Shown here: piece by piece, positions 34,387-35,142 of the stretch | How the letters are laid out: each line of letters starts with the position of its first letter | Numbering within the stretch: position 1 is the stretch's first letter | Origin: Candidatus Micrarchaeota archaeon | GTDB lineage: Archaea > Micrarchaeota > Micrarchaeia > Anstonellales > Anstonellaceae | Length of the DNA: 35,142 bases | Direction of reading: 5' to 3' | Assembly: GCA_026396355.1 (NCBI GenBank) | Contig: JAPLWY010000092.1 | Coordinates: forward strand, 1 to 35,142 | Made by a program: the position numbers and the translations under genes | The notes under the pieces: model-generated | What the model was told of the DNA's origin: nothing | The model's input: the letters and a program-made list of their open reading frames with translations, nothing else | The model's database searches: none

Positions 34387-34572
34387 ATGGTAGATACGCG
34401 TTATTTTGCTTATGCTGCCGCGGCGATTGCGCTGACTGGCGCGCTGGGCTCGTTCGCGGGCGGCGGGCTGGGAATCATTGCCGGAATCCTGTGCTTCATT
34501 GGCGCAGTGGCTTCGATTGCAATCTACAGGTGGTGGCATCAATTGCAATCTACAAGTACGGCTATGTCATAA
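34387..34572 (+). CDS. Small two-helix membrane protein (61 aa), or the N-terminal part of the following ORF
   Basis: MVDTRYFAYAAAAIALTGALGSFAGGGLGIIAGILCFIGAVASIAIY is hydrophobic. The stop overlaps the next ATG (TAATG). The final 15 codons follow a 26-nt imperfect duplication (see findings). Confidence 0.4.
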   Translation: MVDTRYFAYAAAAIALTGALGSFAGGGLGIIAGILCFIGAVASIAIYRWWHQLQSTSTAMS

Positions 34573-35142
34573 TGCCAATAGTGCTGCAGCGGAGCAACGT
34601 GGTCCAGATAATGGAGGGCGGATTTGAGATTCCCCCGACAAACGACGTGGTGCTCAAGAACATCAACGGAGTCTATTATGCAAGCAAATACCTGGGCGTG
34701 CGCATATTCGAGTCGGCATCGGAAAAGTCTGCAGAGGAGAATTTCGTCTACTCCGAGTATTTCGAGCGCGCAATCTCGTCGGTGAAGCACGTCACCAAAT
34801 TCGCACTCATGGTCTACATGAAGGATATTTCAGAGCACCGGAGCAGGATAGAGACCAAGCACGCAGAGGCGCAGCTTAGGCTCGCCCGCGAGCGCGACAA
34901 GCCAGACCCGGATGTTCTTAGGCTCGACCGGTATGAAAAGGAAGTCGCCATGTGGGAAAACCAGATAACCAAGCTCACGCGCGGCATCAAGCCAATGGGC
35001 GTGGTGTCCTACGTGATGACGACTGCGGTCGGCGTGAGCAAGGAAGCCGCGATTGCCGCGGTGACCGGGCAGGCAAACGAGCTCCGGGCGACAATCGCAA
35101 ACGCGCTCAATGTCCAAGTCGATTCGCTTAACGGGGAAGAAA
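34572..35142 (+). CDS. Hypothetical protein, 5' part only (open to window end)
   Basis: Absent from the track because it has no stop. Hand-translated frame: MPIVLQRSNVVQIMEGGFEIPPTNDVVLKNINGVYYASKYLGVRIFESASEK...ITKLTRGIKPMGVVSYVMTTAVGVSKEAAIAAVTGQANELRATIANALNVQVDSLNGEE, continuing past 35142. The frame is also open upstream to 34383. Confidence 0.5.
   Translation, partial: MPIVLQRSNVVQIMEGGFEIPPTNDVVLKNINGVYYASKYLGVRIFESASEKSAEENFVYSEYFERAISSVKHVTKFALMVYMKDISEHRSRIETKHAEAQLRLARERDKPDPDVLRLDRYEKEVAMWENQITKLTRGIKPMGVVSYVMTTAVGVSKEAAIAAVTGQANELRATIANALNVQVDSLNGEE

Overview
This is a densely coding, moderately GC-rich archaeal window. Archaeal markers are Spt5/NusG, Sec61-gamma/SecE, FtsZ, uL11, a DGGGP-synthase-like UbiA prenyltransferase, an AglH-type GlcNAc-1-P transferase, a stand-alone 5S rRNA, and TATA-box promoters that are often leaderless. 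The gene mix suggests a small-genome DPANN/Micrarchaeota-like or Thermoplasmata-like lineage, but that is inference only. Bases 1 to about 20650 form one large glycan-biosynthesis island. It holds GT2 and GT4 transferases, rfbF/rfbG/rfbH (CDP-3,6-dideoxyhexose genes), and a co-directional array of dmpF-dmpG-like genes, an acetolactate-synthase-like ThDP enzyme, an SDR reductase, alanine aminotransferase, a Wzx-like flippase, GlmM and WecB. An ACT regulator, a sugar nucleotidyltransferase, an epimerase, AglH and a large polytopic membrane protein follow. The most interesting prediction is a yersiniose-type C-branched dideoxysugar pathway with an unexpected aldolase/acetaldehyde-dehydrogenase pair inside it. 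The remainder is housekeeping: class-II-like HMG-CoA reductase, agmatinase, purC/purE, TrmI, uL11, a PQQ-propeller surface protein, GNAT, spt5-secE-ftsZ and AMP phosphorylase. It ends with a GT4, a 293-aa orphan protein and a partial membrane-anchored ORF at the right edge. A second pattern runs across the window. At least six conserved genes (including ftsZ and rpl11) lose a short block of conserved residues and the reading frame at a single point. One gene carries an in-frame TAA and one carries a 26-nt imperfect tandem duplication. This looks more like collapsed assembly gaps or strain mis-joins than biology, and it needs read-level checking. All calls come from hand translation and remembered family motifs. 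No database search was possible.
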